DNA of 58,469 nucleotides, counting the filler, from Bigelowiella natans CCMP2755 (Eukaryota > Protista > Cercozoa): the NCBI GenBank assembly GCA_000320545.1. It is 5 parts of 5 records of this genome, joined end to end, with 100 filler letters (N's around TTAATTAATTAA, not from the genome) between each part and the next. Parts side by side here need not be neighbours in the genome. Positions count along the whole stretch, not along the records: positions 1 to 28,602 come from ADNK01000236.1; 4 more parts are not named here. One strand, 5' to 3'. The first letter of the stretch is position 1, and each line of letters begins with the position of its first letter. The notes beneath the pieces were generated by a model. It searched no databases. It had not been told where the DNA came from and saw only the letters and a list, made by a program, of their open reading frames with translations. Below, one piece after another: positions 12,241 to 24,196 of this stretch. The translations under genes and the position numbers were made by a program.

Positions 12241-13029
12241 GCTCATCTTATTCAGATCTGATCAGATCTGATGATTTGACATCAGATGAACTTCCAACAT
12301 TGGAACAAAATGCAAGGCAACATTGGTAGATTGCGAAAACAAACTACAGAACATGTTAAAAAACGAACCTAGGGTGACATCCTAATCTTTTTGGCAACGG
12401 CAGCGGAAAAAGATTGCATTTATCTCACCCGCACATCATCACATTCAGATCTGATCAGATCGCCAGATGACCTGTGAAACGACGAGGAGAGAAACGAACA
12501 AATAGTGAGTACAGTGAGCAAACAAAAGTAACTTACATCGAACTAATTAAAATACCCGCATTGGAACAAAATGCAAGGCAACATTGGTAGATTGCGAAAA
12601 CAAACTACAGAACATGTTAAAAAACGAACTTAGGGTGACATCCTAATCTTTTTGGCAACGGCAGCGGAAAAGGATTGCATCTATCTCACCCGCACTACTG
12701 TGCGGCAAGTTACCCAAATCCTTGATGCTCTAAGAATATGAGACCGCTTTCTCCCTGCCATTCCGCTATCGCGACAACGCTTTGAGGCGTCGCAGCGGTC
12801 TCTACGATCGTACGCGCACGCAGCGAACGTTCTGATTTCTTTCTCGTCGAAAAGCCGACTATCGGGCAACGGAAATATGTTCGGCTCAGAAAGAAATCGT
12901 CTATATTTTGCACTGCGTCATAGATAAAAACCGTGTCGCGCAGCTGGAAAGATGCGTTTCAAATTTCCTGAACGTTTTCTCCATGGGTGCCGCCATCTGA
13001 CATCTGATCAGATCTGAACGTGGTGTGCA
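12241..13029. repeat. Three copies of a ~38-bp motif with palindromic core TCAGATCTGATCAGAT (two direct, one inverted)
   Basis: Copies at about 12241-12288 and 12431-12469, plus a reverse-complement copy at about 12995-13029. Copy 1 contains the perfect 20-bp palindrome TCAGATCTGATCAGATCTGA. Confidence 0.85.
12298..12694. repeat. 137-bp direct repeat, two copies (12298-12434, 12559-12694)
   Basis: cattggaacaaaatgcaaggc...tatctcacccgcac occurs twice with about 3 substitutions. Confidence 0.95.
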
Positions 13030-13145
13030 GGAGGTGGTTGCTTTCTGCTTCATGTTGTGACCTGTTGGCAACTTCGATGCGTCCCATCGCCATCGTCTTT
13101 CTCATCGCCAACAACCTGTGCATTCCCCACCACCACATTGTATAG

Positions 13146-14627
13146 ATGAATAATTGTGCGGGATCATTCGGTCACAACGTGCAGCAGGGTGGGCCAGATG
13201 ATCATCACTCATACCAACCGCCCAGACCACTGCACACAACATACATATTACAGTCGGTGCAACTCCCTGATGATGATCCTCAACCACATACCTCAACGCA
13301 AGCTACCCAATTCTCTGATAGTGGGGTTGGCGGTGCTGAGGCTGTGGGCGAAGGTTTTGCTGTGCAGTCCCAGGCCTGCAATGACTCTCTATATCCACCT
13401 TCTATGTCAAGTACTTTTGACGATGACGTCGAATATGATGAGACTCGGGCATCTAGTCAACTGTTGAACGATGTTGATGGTGCTGGTGATGACAAAGATA
13501 ACGACAGCGAACGCAAACATGTGTGGACGATCCGCCCGGATGACATGCCACGCGAGTTCCTGCTCAGGCTTAAGTACAAGCGTCCTGTGGGAGGGTGGAA
13601 AATGGCTAAGCTTAAAGAAGTGTTGAGGCCCGCATGCTTTGAGAGGAAGATACAATTCCCTAATTTTAAAAACCCCAGGAAGCATCATTACGTAACAGCA
13701 CTAAAGGAGTTCGATGGCATCGCAGGATTTCGGTTCGAGGAGATGAAGCAGCATAGATGGTCCGCGAGTTGTTATGCTAGAATGTTCGAAGCCATGTTGG
13801 ATGAGAGAGCGAACGACGCGTTCAACCAAAGAGACCGTGCTCCAACTCGCGACGAGAAGAAAGGGAAGGGACTTATGCCATGGGACTATGCTTTCACGAA
13901 GCTAGCAGAAGTGTATAATGACCCGGGTTTCCGTCCTCTCAACATAAGACCAGACAATGTATATGTTAGTAACCTGGATCCTTCTGATATATCATGTATA
14001 CCAAAGACGGCTGCTGTGTTATCTGATAAATGGAAAAGCATTCGTGGAGCGTGGGAACAAACATATGTGGTAGATTACGATGTGTCTAGAAACGGAAAAC
14101 CCTTCGACGAATTTGCCTTCAAAACGGAACAGGGTGCTGCCTTAATATATCTACATTTCGTTCTCCAAGATAGCTACAACAAAATTAAGACCGCCAGTCC
14201 GATGATTCTAGCCCTCAAAGGGATGGACGTCAACCAAAGCGACATTAGAATAGACGGCGATGGCAACGAGTGTAATCACACCAGCTCAAGTCGTAGTGTC
14301 ATCACCGTGAGGCCAAATAAGAACGCTAGAAAGAGGAAAGGCAAATATGAAAGATACGGCCATCGAAAGAGTGCAGGGTCATCGTCCAGCGTTAGCGATG
14401 ACATGGTTAGGGTGGAATACGCCAAAAAGCTAAAGACGGAGAGCATATCTTCTTCGTTGAGGCTGGTGACCGATTTAGAACACTCAATTACTAAATATGA
14501 GAACATATTGGACGATGAATTAAAAAAAGGCACACCAGAAGATTCACGTAAAATAAAAAGAATTAGGAGAATATTAGCAGCATTCGAGAAAAGCATAGAC
14601 AAAGCCATGCGGAGCATGGATGTATGA
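13146..14627 (+). mobile_element. Intronless Myb/SANT-like ORF of PIF/Harbinger-associated type (493 aa); no intact transposase seen nearby
   Basis: Motifs ARMFEAM...APTRDE...PWDYAFTKLAEVYNDPGFRP and LSDKWKSIRGAW...F...LIYLHFVL resemble trihelix Myb-like ORFs of Harbinger elements in stramenopiles as recalled. It also has an upstream HeH-like helix pair and a C-terminal coiled coil. Confidence 0.6.
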
Positions 14628-15349
14628 TACACACATGCATGTACATAATTACATTTGGTGTAAAGAATCATCAAATGATTTAAAGTCAATCTTTTGACAT
14701 GTCGACTCATAAAAGCAAATCATAGACTAGTGATGTATTTCTTAACAATTAATTTGTGCTATCATGGTTTCCTTACCACCCGGGAGGTACATGATTTAGC
14801 TCGTTTTAATTAGCATTACGAGATAATGGCATCACCTTTCAACTTTAATCCATTTATCTCAACCTTCATAATAATGTCGTGAAGGATTTCTATTTACAAA
14901 ATAGTCTCAAGCGATAACTCACAAAGAGAAACTTTTGTAGATAGCATTGATGTACAAAATAATCATCATCAAGATAACGAAGTGTGTCACATGAACACAG
15001 AACAACTCCGTTGAATTCCCTTCTTTCTTCATTGGAAGGGACTTCCAAATACATTTCATTAGAACCTGTCTAGCTGTGTGTGGCTGTGCAAAGCTGCGGC
15101 TACAGCGCTCATATTGCATGCATCTATCGGTTTCGATCTGCAATCATGTCATTCATGTTTGTGAAAACAATGTCAATTATGCGTGTGCGATTGCGGCGCC
15201 CGTGCGAGCGTTATTCGCGCATCTAGTTAGTTCTTTATTTCTTGGTCAGCTAGCTACAATGGTGCGCATCGTTCCTGTCCATGACGGCTTTCTGTTGTTT
15301 GTTTAGCATGGATGTGTGATACGTACAATGGCCTGCCAAATGAAAAGTT

Positions 15350-15700
15350 GTGCGCTGCTATTCTAGTGTTGACAAAATGCACATTGCACATGCCATGCTA
15401 GCATGTGTCAGCCACCGTCGTGCTTGCAGCCTGCAAGCTAGCAAGTCAGTGACGCACGTTGTTCCGAAGCACGCAGCCTGCCTTGACAACGAGAGCGAGA
15501 TGGCGCGTGCGCCACAGCGTTGTTTCCATTGTATGTCTTTCTGCATCATCAGATTTTCATTGCAGAACACGGCAAGAAATGGGGCATCATCATCACATTG
15601 TTCCGCGCAGTTGATGGTTGCTCATTTTTCCCACCCCAAAAATGGACATGCGATGATTTCATTCGACAACGTGCATGCAATCATGTTGCATCATGATGTA
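15350..15700. pseudogene. TpA-depleted hypermutated block 1 with fossil ORF
   Basis: Few TpA, mostly CTAG/CTAT. The + frame reads ...ALFPLYVFLHHQIFIAEHGKKWGIIITLFRAVDGCSFFPPQKWTCDDFIRQRACNHVAS*. Confidence 0.6.
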
Positions 15701-15919
15701 CATACCATGTCCATGACATGTATGTTCTGGGACGACTGGTAGATTTCACCCTTGGATTCGTTGTGTTGATAAGTTAATGATAGAGTAAAATGATCTATTG
15801 TCTTAACGACGACAAGCCAGTGTACGGGTGCTAGATGCAATCAACGCGAAAGCAGCGCAGACTTTCTAAACATATATACTTGTACTTTCTTTGCCCACCA
15901 CCATCTCGAATTACTGACA

Positions 15920-18900
15920 CTACCCATTATTATTATCAGCTGGGTGATGATGAGGAAGGTTCTGTCGACTAGTTGTAAGCGCTCCTGCAGCGACGTTTCT
16001 AGCGCTGCTGTCGCCTCCGCTATTGTTATTGCCGGTGTTAATATTCCTACCACTGCCGCTACCACTTCCACTGGAAAGGCTAATTTTTCGATATTTCCCC
16101 CCCTCCCCCAGTGTCAGCACCAGTCGGTGATTATTGCTACTGGCAGTGGTATTATTGCTCGCCCCGTTGTTCTCCTTGCCACTCTCCTCATAACTGGGGC
16201 TGCTGTGGTGTTGGTGGTGCTGATGCTGGCTGCTGGTTTTGGTGGTGGTGGTGGTGGTGGTGGTGGTGGTGGCGGTGCTGCTGCTGCTGCCGCTGTTCTG
16301 TGCGACGGAAGCGATCTTATTCTCCCCCCCGTCCATTCCACGATCTACCACTTTCCTCTCGCCCTCGCCTCCCCCCCCCCCCCCAACCGCCGGCGTCTCG
16401 GCCTTGAGCAGCATCTCCATCGCCGCGTCTCTCAGCTGCTCGGCCTTCCGCACCACCTCGCTCCCGGGCTGGTTGTAGCGCTTGCAGTTGCTGACCAGGA
16501 GGTTCAGGTCAAACCTCACGGCGGCCAGCGTGCGATAGAAGCGGTTTGCAGCACGCTCCTGGATGGTGGCAAGGCATATCGGCACGGTCACAGCTAGGGT
16601 GTAGTCGGGGTAAGCTTCGAGGGAAACAGGGTAGTGGAACCACATCTCCGCGTCGCTCTCTATCAGCTGCTTCGCCATCTCGCTGACAGCCTTTTGCAGG
16701 TGTGCGGGGAGGACAGGAGGGTGGTAGCACAGCTTATTCTCCAGAGGTATGAGTTCCCACGCGCACACAGTAGTCACCTCTGGCTCTTTTTCCTTCACAT
16801 CTCCGCCTTCAGACTTTCGATCGGCAGCAGCAGCAGCAACCGATGATGCCTTCCCCCCCCCCCCCTTGTGCATCTTGGCTGCTCGCTTTGTCCCATTATC
16901 ATTATCATCATCATCATCATCCGCATCGTCACGCTTTCGCTTCCTGCCTCGGTCGTTATCACGGCCTGGCTCGAACCTGGCCAGTGTTTTACCCTTGTTC
17001 GCCCGGCTCGAAATACGCTTCGTCTTGGTGATGTTTCCATCCTTGTACTCTTGGAGCGGCTCGGGATCCCACAGCACCTGACAGTTATCCCAAGCGCTAT
17101 TCGCGTAACTTTGGGAGTAGTAGCAGTAGTAGTTGTAGTAGTGCCATTAGTAATTAGTATGGTTACTATCATCACTATTTCAAGTCGTCGAGAGGGCGAG
17201 GTTATTGTTTTGTTCGCGACGTTATGCAGAAAGAAGCTTTTGAACAGTTGATTATGAAGATATACATCTTTCACTCTCCTCTCTCGCCTGTTGCTCACCC
17301 CCCCCCCCCCCCCCCTTCAAATATAATTACTTTTTGTCGACGGGCCGGATGTCGATAATCTCGCCGGTGTAGGGATTTTCTTCTCCCTGAAAGTACATCT
17401 TGGCGCGATGACCTGGCCTCCATTTCCGACTGTGCTCCACGCGGCTCTTCAGTACGACATAATCCGCTGCTTCGAGCTGTGCGTATGATACGACGATGCA
17501 CGGTTAGGACGGCGGGAAGCAAGCAAAGCAGGCAGGCTTACAGGGAAGAATAACACCAAGATGATGAAGAAGAAAAATAGGGAAAAAGGGGGGGGGGGGG
17601 GGGGGGGGAGGATAGGCTGTCTTCTTCTTTTTCTTTTTCTTCCTCCTAGTTAACTTGAATCGCAATACTAGCAACAACGTGACACCTTGTGATAATCGAC
17701 AACGATGGAGCGGACTGGATGCTTCCCCTTGCGGACACGAAATTTGGAGGCGTGCGACGTCAGCCTGAGCGTCAGCCGGCAGTAGGCCCGCGGCTGCGCA
17801 TCACCGACTGGGCTTCGGTTTCGATGGTACTCTATCCGCGTCACGATTCCAGTGATTTCAGGAGCGAGGTTCTTCACCTGTTCCCATGGCGGCGGGGCGG
17901 CGTCCTCCCCGAAGACATCGCCCTGATCCTCGAGGGCGGCGCGGTGGCCTTGGTGGAAGTAAACAAGCTCATCGCCGAGCTGCGGCAGCACATTGACGGG
18001 GTCGTACGCGGTGGCCTGGAGCCACTTGAAATCCTGCTCTTGCAGCTGTGGCAACTTCGGATTGGGGGCGGCGTCGAGGTGGAACGCGGGGTTGGTGTCC
18101 AACACCAACTCGCCGCCTTGATCGTCGTCCTCCTCCCATCCCCCTTCCTGCTTCGCCCGCTTCGTTGACCCCGTCGCGTTCGAGGACGACGGTTCTTCGG
18201 AGACCTTGGCGCGCTTTGCTCTTGGGAGGCCGCCTCTCCCATCAGCAGCGGAGGCAGCAGCCTTCCGATCTCTCCTACCGCTGCTTCTTCTGCTGCTACT
18301 ACTACTACTATTACTACTACCACCACCGCCGCCCGACACGACTATGGGGTGACCGCCGTTGGTGGCAGGATGGGCGAAACTATCACGAATGTTGTTGAGG
18401 TTGTTGCCATTATGTGCCAACAATGATGATGATGATGATGATAATGATGATAATTGATGGTGCTCTTGGTGCTGCTGCTGGCGACGGGAAGCGTATTGCG
18501 CTTGTCCTCCGTCGTCATCGTCCCCGAAGCCTCCTAGCCGACGACCGTGTTGTCCTCCTCCTCCTCCTCCTTCCCTACCACTACTGCTGCTACGGGCAGC
18601 GCATCGCTGGCTACTTCTAGCAGGTCTCGCTTGGCGAGTGCGTGGACTTGGTGCATAGTCCTCGTCATCGTCATCGTCGTCATCGTCTTCCTCCTCCTCC
18701 TCCTCATAAACGTATTCTTCGTCGCCGTCGTCGTCGTTCTCCTTGTAGTCTGCTGCATTCGTTAAAGGCCGCCGCCGTGTCGAGTGAGGATTAGCCCCGT
18801 TGTTGTTGTAGCTGCTGCTGCTAACACCGGCGATGTTATTGCTGTAGTTGTTTGTGTTGGTGCGTCTACGGACGACTGTGGAGCCTGCCGCTGTTCTGGT

Positions 18901-20866
18901 GCTACTTACACTACTACTACCATGTCCTCTTCCTCCTCCACCACCACCACCACCGTCAGTGGCAGCGCTAGCAGGCGATGGACGGTTGGGTACTGGCTCT
19001 AGGCGGGGCATGGCTTGCCCATTCGACGATGCATTCTCAGTCATTATTAGTCGTAGCCGTACATCACCCTCCTGATGAGGATGCTTCGATTCCCTCGGTT
19101 GCGGCTGCTGCTGCATCATCTGGCCGGGTGTAGTTAATGCCGTCCCATTATTGCTACCGCCAGAACCGGCAGTCGCTGAGGCTGCTGATACTGCCAGACC
19201 TCCTTCCGCTTCCGATGATTGACCACCACCACCAGCAGCAGCAGCAGCAGGATCAGCAGCAGGCTGTTCATCAGCAGTAGGTTGTTGGTCCACAGGCAGC
19301 AAACGATGCACAGGATACCGAATCTGGGTAAGGGTGAGGCGCTCTTGGACTGGGGTCATGTTGTCATACTTAGGCTCGTTGCGCCTGTCCTCTTCGCTGT
19401 CGCTGTCCTCTCCACGCCTCTGCTCGCGACGCAGCGCCTGTATGTGCTTGGCGAGGTAGTCATCTAGCTGCCTCGACCTGTCACTGACCTGCTTCTGGTA
19501 CTGCGAGAGCTTCTCCGCGTACTCTTTCACGAGGCCGGGGGCGACGGTGGTGACGCCGCTGCCCAGCTGTGGCCTAGGTGGTTGGGGAGGGGGGCCGATC
19601 GACTTGCATTTGGCTCGCAGAAAGTGGGAGCGTGGCTGGTTCACGTAGACATTGCGCTTGCGGTCCATCAGCAGCCCGTTGGGAAGGAGATGCGTCAAGT
19701 GCCCCGTCTCGTGGTCAACCACGACGCCGTCGGGGTTGTACTCGACTTTAAGGTAGTCCCGCTCAAAGAACTGGTCCTCAGGAGCCTCAAAGTACCTCTC
19801 GCGACTGCCGGTGCCAAAAAAGAGTATTTGGCCCTTGTTGGTGACGGCGCAAATATGCTGTCCGTTCTTTGAGAACTGCACGTCGTTGATCGCCGACCCG
19901 GTTCTCCAGGTCTTGACCACTCGGCCTCGGACGCAGTCCCACACCACGACATTGCCACCCGTCCCCGTCGTAAGCACAAGGTTCTCGATGCTCGGGTGAG
20001 GTCGCAGGCACAGCATCCCGGTGTGCTGCTGGTAAGCGCCCAAGTTGTGCAGGAGGGTGACCGACATGGAGTCGTAGATTTTGAGATTGTTCCCTTCGCA
20101 CGCCATCAGGAGTCGATCGTCTAGGCTCCAGGCCACCTCCCCGAGCAAGGTGTCCATCCCCTCCTGATGGCAGTTGATCTGGCCGTAGCACACGTAACGG
20201 CGCCTCAGCTTTGCTCTAGTCAAGCGGTCGGGGCGGACCCAGACCCTGATTCTCCCGTCTTCCGCTGACGCCGTGAAGACCCGGTGCCCCCCGTGAGAGT
20301 ACCCAACACCAGTAACCTCGGCCTGGTGGCCATCCAGCATGGAGAGGAGCATCTCGGCACCTTCGGGCTTGTGACGGCTGGAGAAGATGTGTTGGCGGTA
20401 GTGATCGTCGTCGTGCACCACCCAGCTTTCGAGGTTCGTGTGCTCCTTCATCGCTGTGCGCTCGCGCCACTCGTTCCGGCTGAAGGCGTCGCCGCTTGTG
20501 CCCGGCCAGTACTGCTTGTAGTCGGCCACGAGCGAGAAGATGCGCGCGCTGTGATCGCTGGTTCCCACGACGACCTCCGTGCCGGACCAGTGCAGGTCCA
20601 TCACCGAGCACTGGGCTCTCTGGTTGTTTCCATCCACAAATCGGAAAAAAGAGGGGGAAGGGGGAGGGGAAGGGAGTGGGAAAACACAAACGGAATGAGG
20701 GAAAGAAGAAGAAGAAGGAGAAGGTGATTTGGTGAGATCACCGGCGGATTGGTACCTGGCGTGCTGTGCCCCCGCGCTTGCTTGCGACAATATTTAGAGG
20801 AGGCTCATGAACTCTCTCAGTGTTCCAAACCCTAAAGAAACACGAACACGAACAGAATACAATATG

Positions 20867-20942
<76 letters not shown>

Positions 20943-20964
20943 TAAACCAGCCCGAGAAAATATA

Positions 20965-21019
<55 letters not shown>

Positions 21020-22645
21020 TTATATGTGTGTGTGTGTGTGTGTTTTCTCATGGGGTATTAAAGATGGTAACAGGGAGCATAAATAAATGCCCACAATTTG
21101 TTTTCATATATCTTTGTGTTGCGGTAATTTATTATTAATGATGTTTACTTGGTGGTTCCGTCGAGGGAGATGGAAACGATACGATCTCCTTTCGGCGTGA
21201 ACTTGACCCGCATGACCTCCATCACATGCTCCTGCAAGATCACGATCGTTGCCCTCGTTTCAGTATCCCACAGTCTATAGCAAGAATAAGCAAGGGAGCA
21301 CGTTAGTTTATATGTCAAACACGGTGGTGGTAAAGTAGAGGCCAGTTGGCTACGCGCTCGGAACCTTATCGTCGCGTCATTTGATGAGGAGCACAGGATC
21401 TTTTCATTTGGATGGAGGCATATATCGGTCACCTCCGCCTAATCATGAACAAAGGCTGATGGGCATGCGATCGATAGAATCGAAAAACCATAAAATGCGA
21501 TAAAGGTTGGCTAGAGTAGGAGCGGGCAGCACACGGTCATCAGTAAGACCTTGTGACGACGAAATGTCTTCAGGAGTCGACCATTCAAAGCCCCCCACAC
21601 TTTGATGAGGCCATCGTCAGCTCCCTACAGCATGCCAACGCGTGTAAATATAAATTTTGGTTTCTTCAAAGAAACAGAATACATGTATAGCGTACTACCG
21701 TGTAAATCTTTGTTCCGCATTTCGTGTACGTCACACAGTAAATGGGATGGAGGTGGCCCAAAACCCGTTTCACCTGTGTTTATGGCTTTGGATTTAACAA
21801 AAAAATTGTTTTGCAATCCTGGCACGCCTTTTAAAAAGTATTATTACACACCTCGCGGTATTGTTTAAATGCCATGGACTTTATTTTCCTTCGAGTATCC
21901 ATACGACCCTTACACTGTCTGTTCCTTATAGCTCCAATGACTGAAAGTAATATTTAGTATCGTGTTAGGGCTAATGAAAAGGAACAGAGATCCAAAATAA
22001 CGAGATTACTCGAAGGCCTTGTCTTGCTTTTCCTATACTGTTCCGCTGGATGGGGATGCTCCATTATTTTCGGGACCAGGTTGGAGCCTCCCAAGGCCAG
22101 TAGTCCTGCAACCCTCGGAAGCGAGGGTGATAGCTGCTCCATCCGCATTTGAATTTGTTTATTAATCAACTTTTGCAGAAAATTAACTGGAATATGTCCG
22201 CAACGGCGATCCTGAAATAATATTAGGCAACAATATTACTCTTCTATCGTCCCCAATCCACGTCACCACCATGCTATTTCACCCTGGACCATCCCCACGG
22301 CAGGAAAAAAATGACAAGCTGACCAGCTCTTTGCGGGTCAACAGATACTCTATCCCATCAAAGCCTATCCGGGTTGGTAATCGGCCTGCTTTGCTAAAGT
22401 TATTTGTGAGTGTCTCTGCGATCTCTTTCTCCCCTCTTGCAGCGATGTGCTGGATGACCAAATAGTTTAATTCCCGCTCTGTGGTAGAAAAGCCAGCAAC
22501 AGTATTGTCAACAGAGATGTCGTAAAAACTAGCGGTACAAGGGAGGACACTAGAACTGATGAACTATTTTTTTGAAAAAAATTCAAATTTATCCCAGACC
22601 TTGCTCAATCGACGCCCATTTGGAATAGGTGTCACCCTTGCTCAT
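15920..22645 (-). CDS. BRWD1: BRWD1/PHIP-like WD40 + Tudor-like + bromodomain protein
   Basis: N-terminal ELNYLVIQH...LPTRIGFDG (LisH-like), WD repeats GADDGLIKVW...RLLKTFRRH, PQLGDELVYFHQGH, DYVVLKSRVEHSRKWRPG, and a bromodomain WFHYPVSLEAYPDY...ICLATIQER...YRTL...DLNLLVSNCKRYN; GT-AG junctions. Extra 5' exons up to about 23280 are possible. Confidence 0.92.
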
Positions 22646-23467
22646 CTTCTCCTGAGCCACGCCCGGTGGAGGATCACACTAAAATGTTGTTCTACTGCGT
22701 CTTAGCCTTGCAGTATAGCTCCTTAGAATGGTTCGTGGTTCTTGAAGCCCCCCCCCCTTGTCCTCTTCGGAGCTATAGGCTGGCACACAATGTACTATCA
22801 AGCCCTTATATTTTAGTGATAGCCTTTCCCAGACTCCAGTCAGCTTTGAAAAGGTAATTCCTGTGCCAAGAGGGCCTCGTATTATTCAATAAGACTATTA
22901 ATATGACCTTGACGCAGGAAGTTATTCCTTCGATTCCATTCTGCTTGTAACTTTTTCATCTCAAACATATAGCTTAGACGCCCTTGAAGCCTGTTTGAGG
23001 TTTTACACATTACGACTTGTAATTTTGCTATATTTCAACATTAACAACCTCTATTCGGGCATCCATGTCGGGCTCTACCCAGCAGGCCGCCTTGTGTGTG
23101 TTCTGCCCTTCAGATTTATCGTATGAAATTTCTTTTTTGTGCACTCTGAATACTCTTTCAAAGATGATTCTGATTTCATGTCTTAAGTCCAAATTTAAAT
23201 CTAAATTCTAGTTCGACAGTCATACATGGTTACCAACCTGTCTGAAACTGATGTGGCACCTCCCAATAATGCCAAACTCTCTGCCGCGCTTTTTGCCAAG
23301 ACCGCTTTTTAGTTTTGATCGAATCCCCTTGTGTATGGAGTATCAGAAAGACGACTTGTAAGAACTCAAGACGTAAAGAAAAAAGGGATAGTAAAGGGGT
23401 AGTTTTATTTTATTTTTGCGGTGAGCAGATCGAAAACCACACTTCCCCAATTCATCCGGAGAAGGCC

Positions 23468-24196
23468 ATGGCGTCTCGAGCGGATACGCTCTCTTCGTCG
23501 TCTTCATCCTCTTCCCAGTATCAGATTTTATGGGCCGGCGTCACACGAGCTCAATTGTTTGGGGATCTAATAGCTCAGGGGGGTGACTGCGAAGGACTCA
23601 TTTTCGGGTCTTGGTACAATCAAACTGACACCGCTCTCACTGACTCGCAAGAGGAGAAGGCAGAGACAACCACCGTAACCATTGTTCCATACTTGTTTTT
23701 ACCAATTGATCGTAAGAGTAGATTCTTCAACGCAGAAGGGAAAGTATTGCCTGAATTTCTCAACAAACACGCGTCCAAGATCATTTCACCAGGTATCGAA
23801 CTTCTTGGGTGGTGGAGGCTTCGCGTGAACACAAGCAGAAGAATGTCGCTCCGAGACATTGCCATTAATCGAAGCTTCCATGAATGGAAGAGGGAGACGG
23901 CGTGCACTTTAAAAAAGGCTCATATATTTGGCTTATTTGGGTACGAGAAGTTGATGCAGAACTCGATTCACAGCTGCACGCAAACTTTCTTCCTCCAAAC
24001 AGCAGATGAACGAATACCCAGAACACTGAAGGCGCAAACGCCGAACATAACGCAAAGTTCAGATAGGGAATATAGAAATATAAAACGCATAGGTTCAATG
24101 GGGGGATCCTCATTTGAAGTGTCTGTACCCCATCAGTCACAAGCACGAGAAGCAGTTCAAAACGTCCTTGATAGGATCGACGAGGCCCTTAGATAG
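23468..24196 (+). CDS. ABRAXAS: Abraxas/ABRO1 (FAM175)-like inactive MPN domain protein, intronless
   Basis: GDCEGLIFG, LTDSQ, FFNAEGKV and LLGWWRLRVNTSRRMSLRD match the recalled Abraxas motifs DTEGFLLG, ITDSQ, FYNSSGEV and VVGWYKFRRHSDQIMTFRE. Likely start is ATG 23468. Confidence 0.8.
   Translation: MASRADTLSSSSSSSSQYQILWAGVTRAQLFGDLIAQGGDCEGLIFGSWYNQTDTALTDSQEEKAETTTVTIVPYLFLPIDRKSRFFNAEGKVLPEFLNKHASKIISPGIELLGWWRLRVNTSRRMSLRDIAINRSFHEWKRETACTLKKAHIFGLFGYEKLMQNSIHSCTQTFFLQTADERIPRTLKAQTPNITQSSDREYRNIKRIGSMGGSSFEVSVPHQSQAREAVQNVLDRIDEALR

Noticed and set aside
14755-14810. PG(S)VHD-like Harbinger transposase motif (cccgggaggtacatgat)
   Set aside because: It needs a frameshift, and no other DDE motifs (DG.H, GD.GY, ER.FG.LK) were found nearby.
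14900-15070. Minus-strand exon-like frame MYLEVPSNEERREFNGVVLC…KFLF followed by gtgagt
   Set aside because: No partner exons or recognisable family were found; it may be chance.
17689-20735. Many long antisense or alternate-frame ORFs over BRWD (also 2790-3287, 15944-16597, 32305-33009, 39878-40588)
   Set aside because: These are shadow ORFs of GC-rich or trinucleotide-repeat coding exons on the opposite strand, with no independent motifs.
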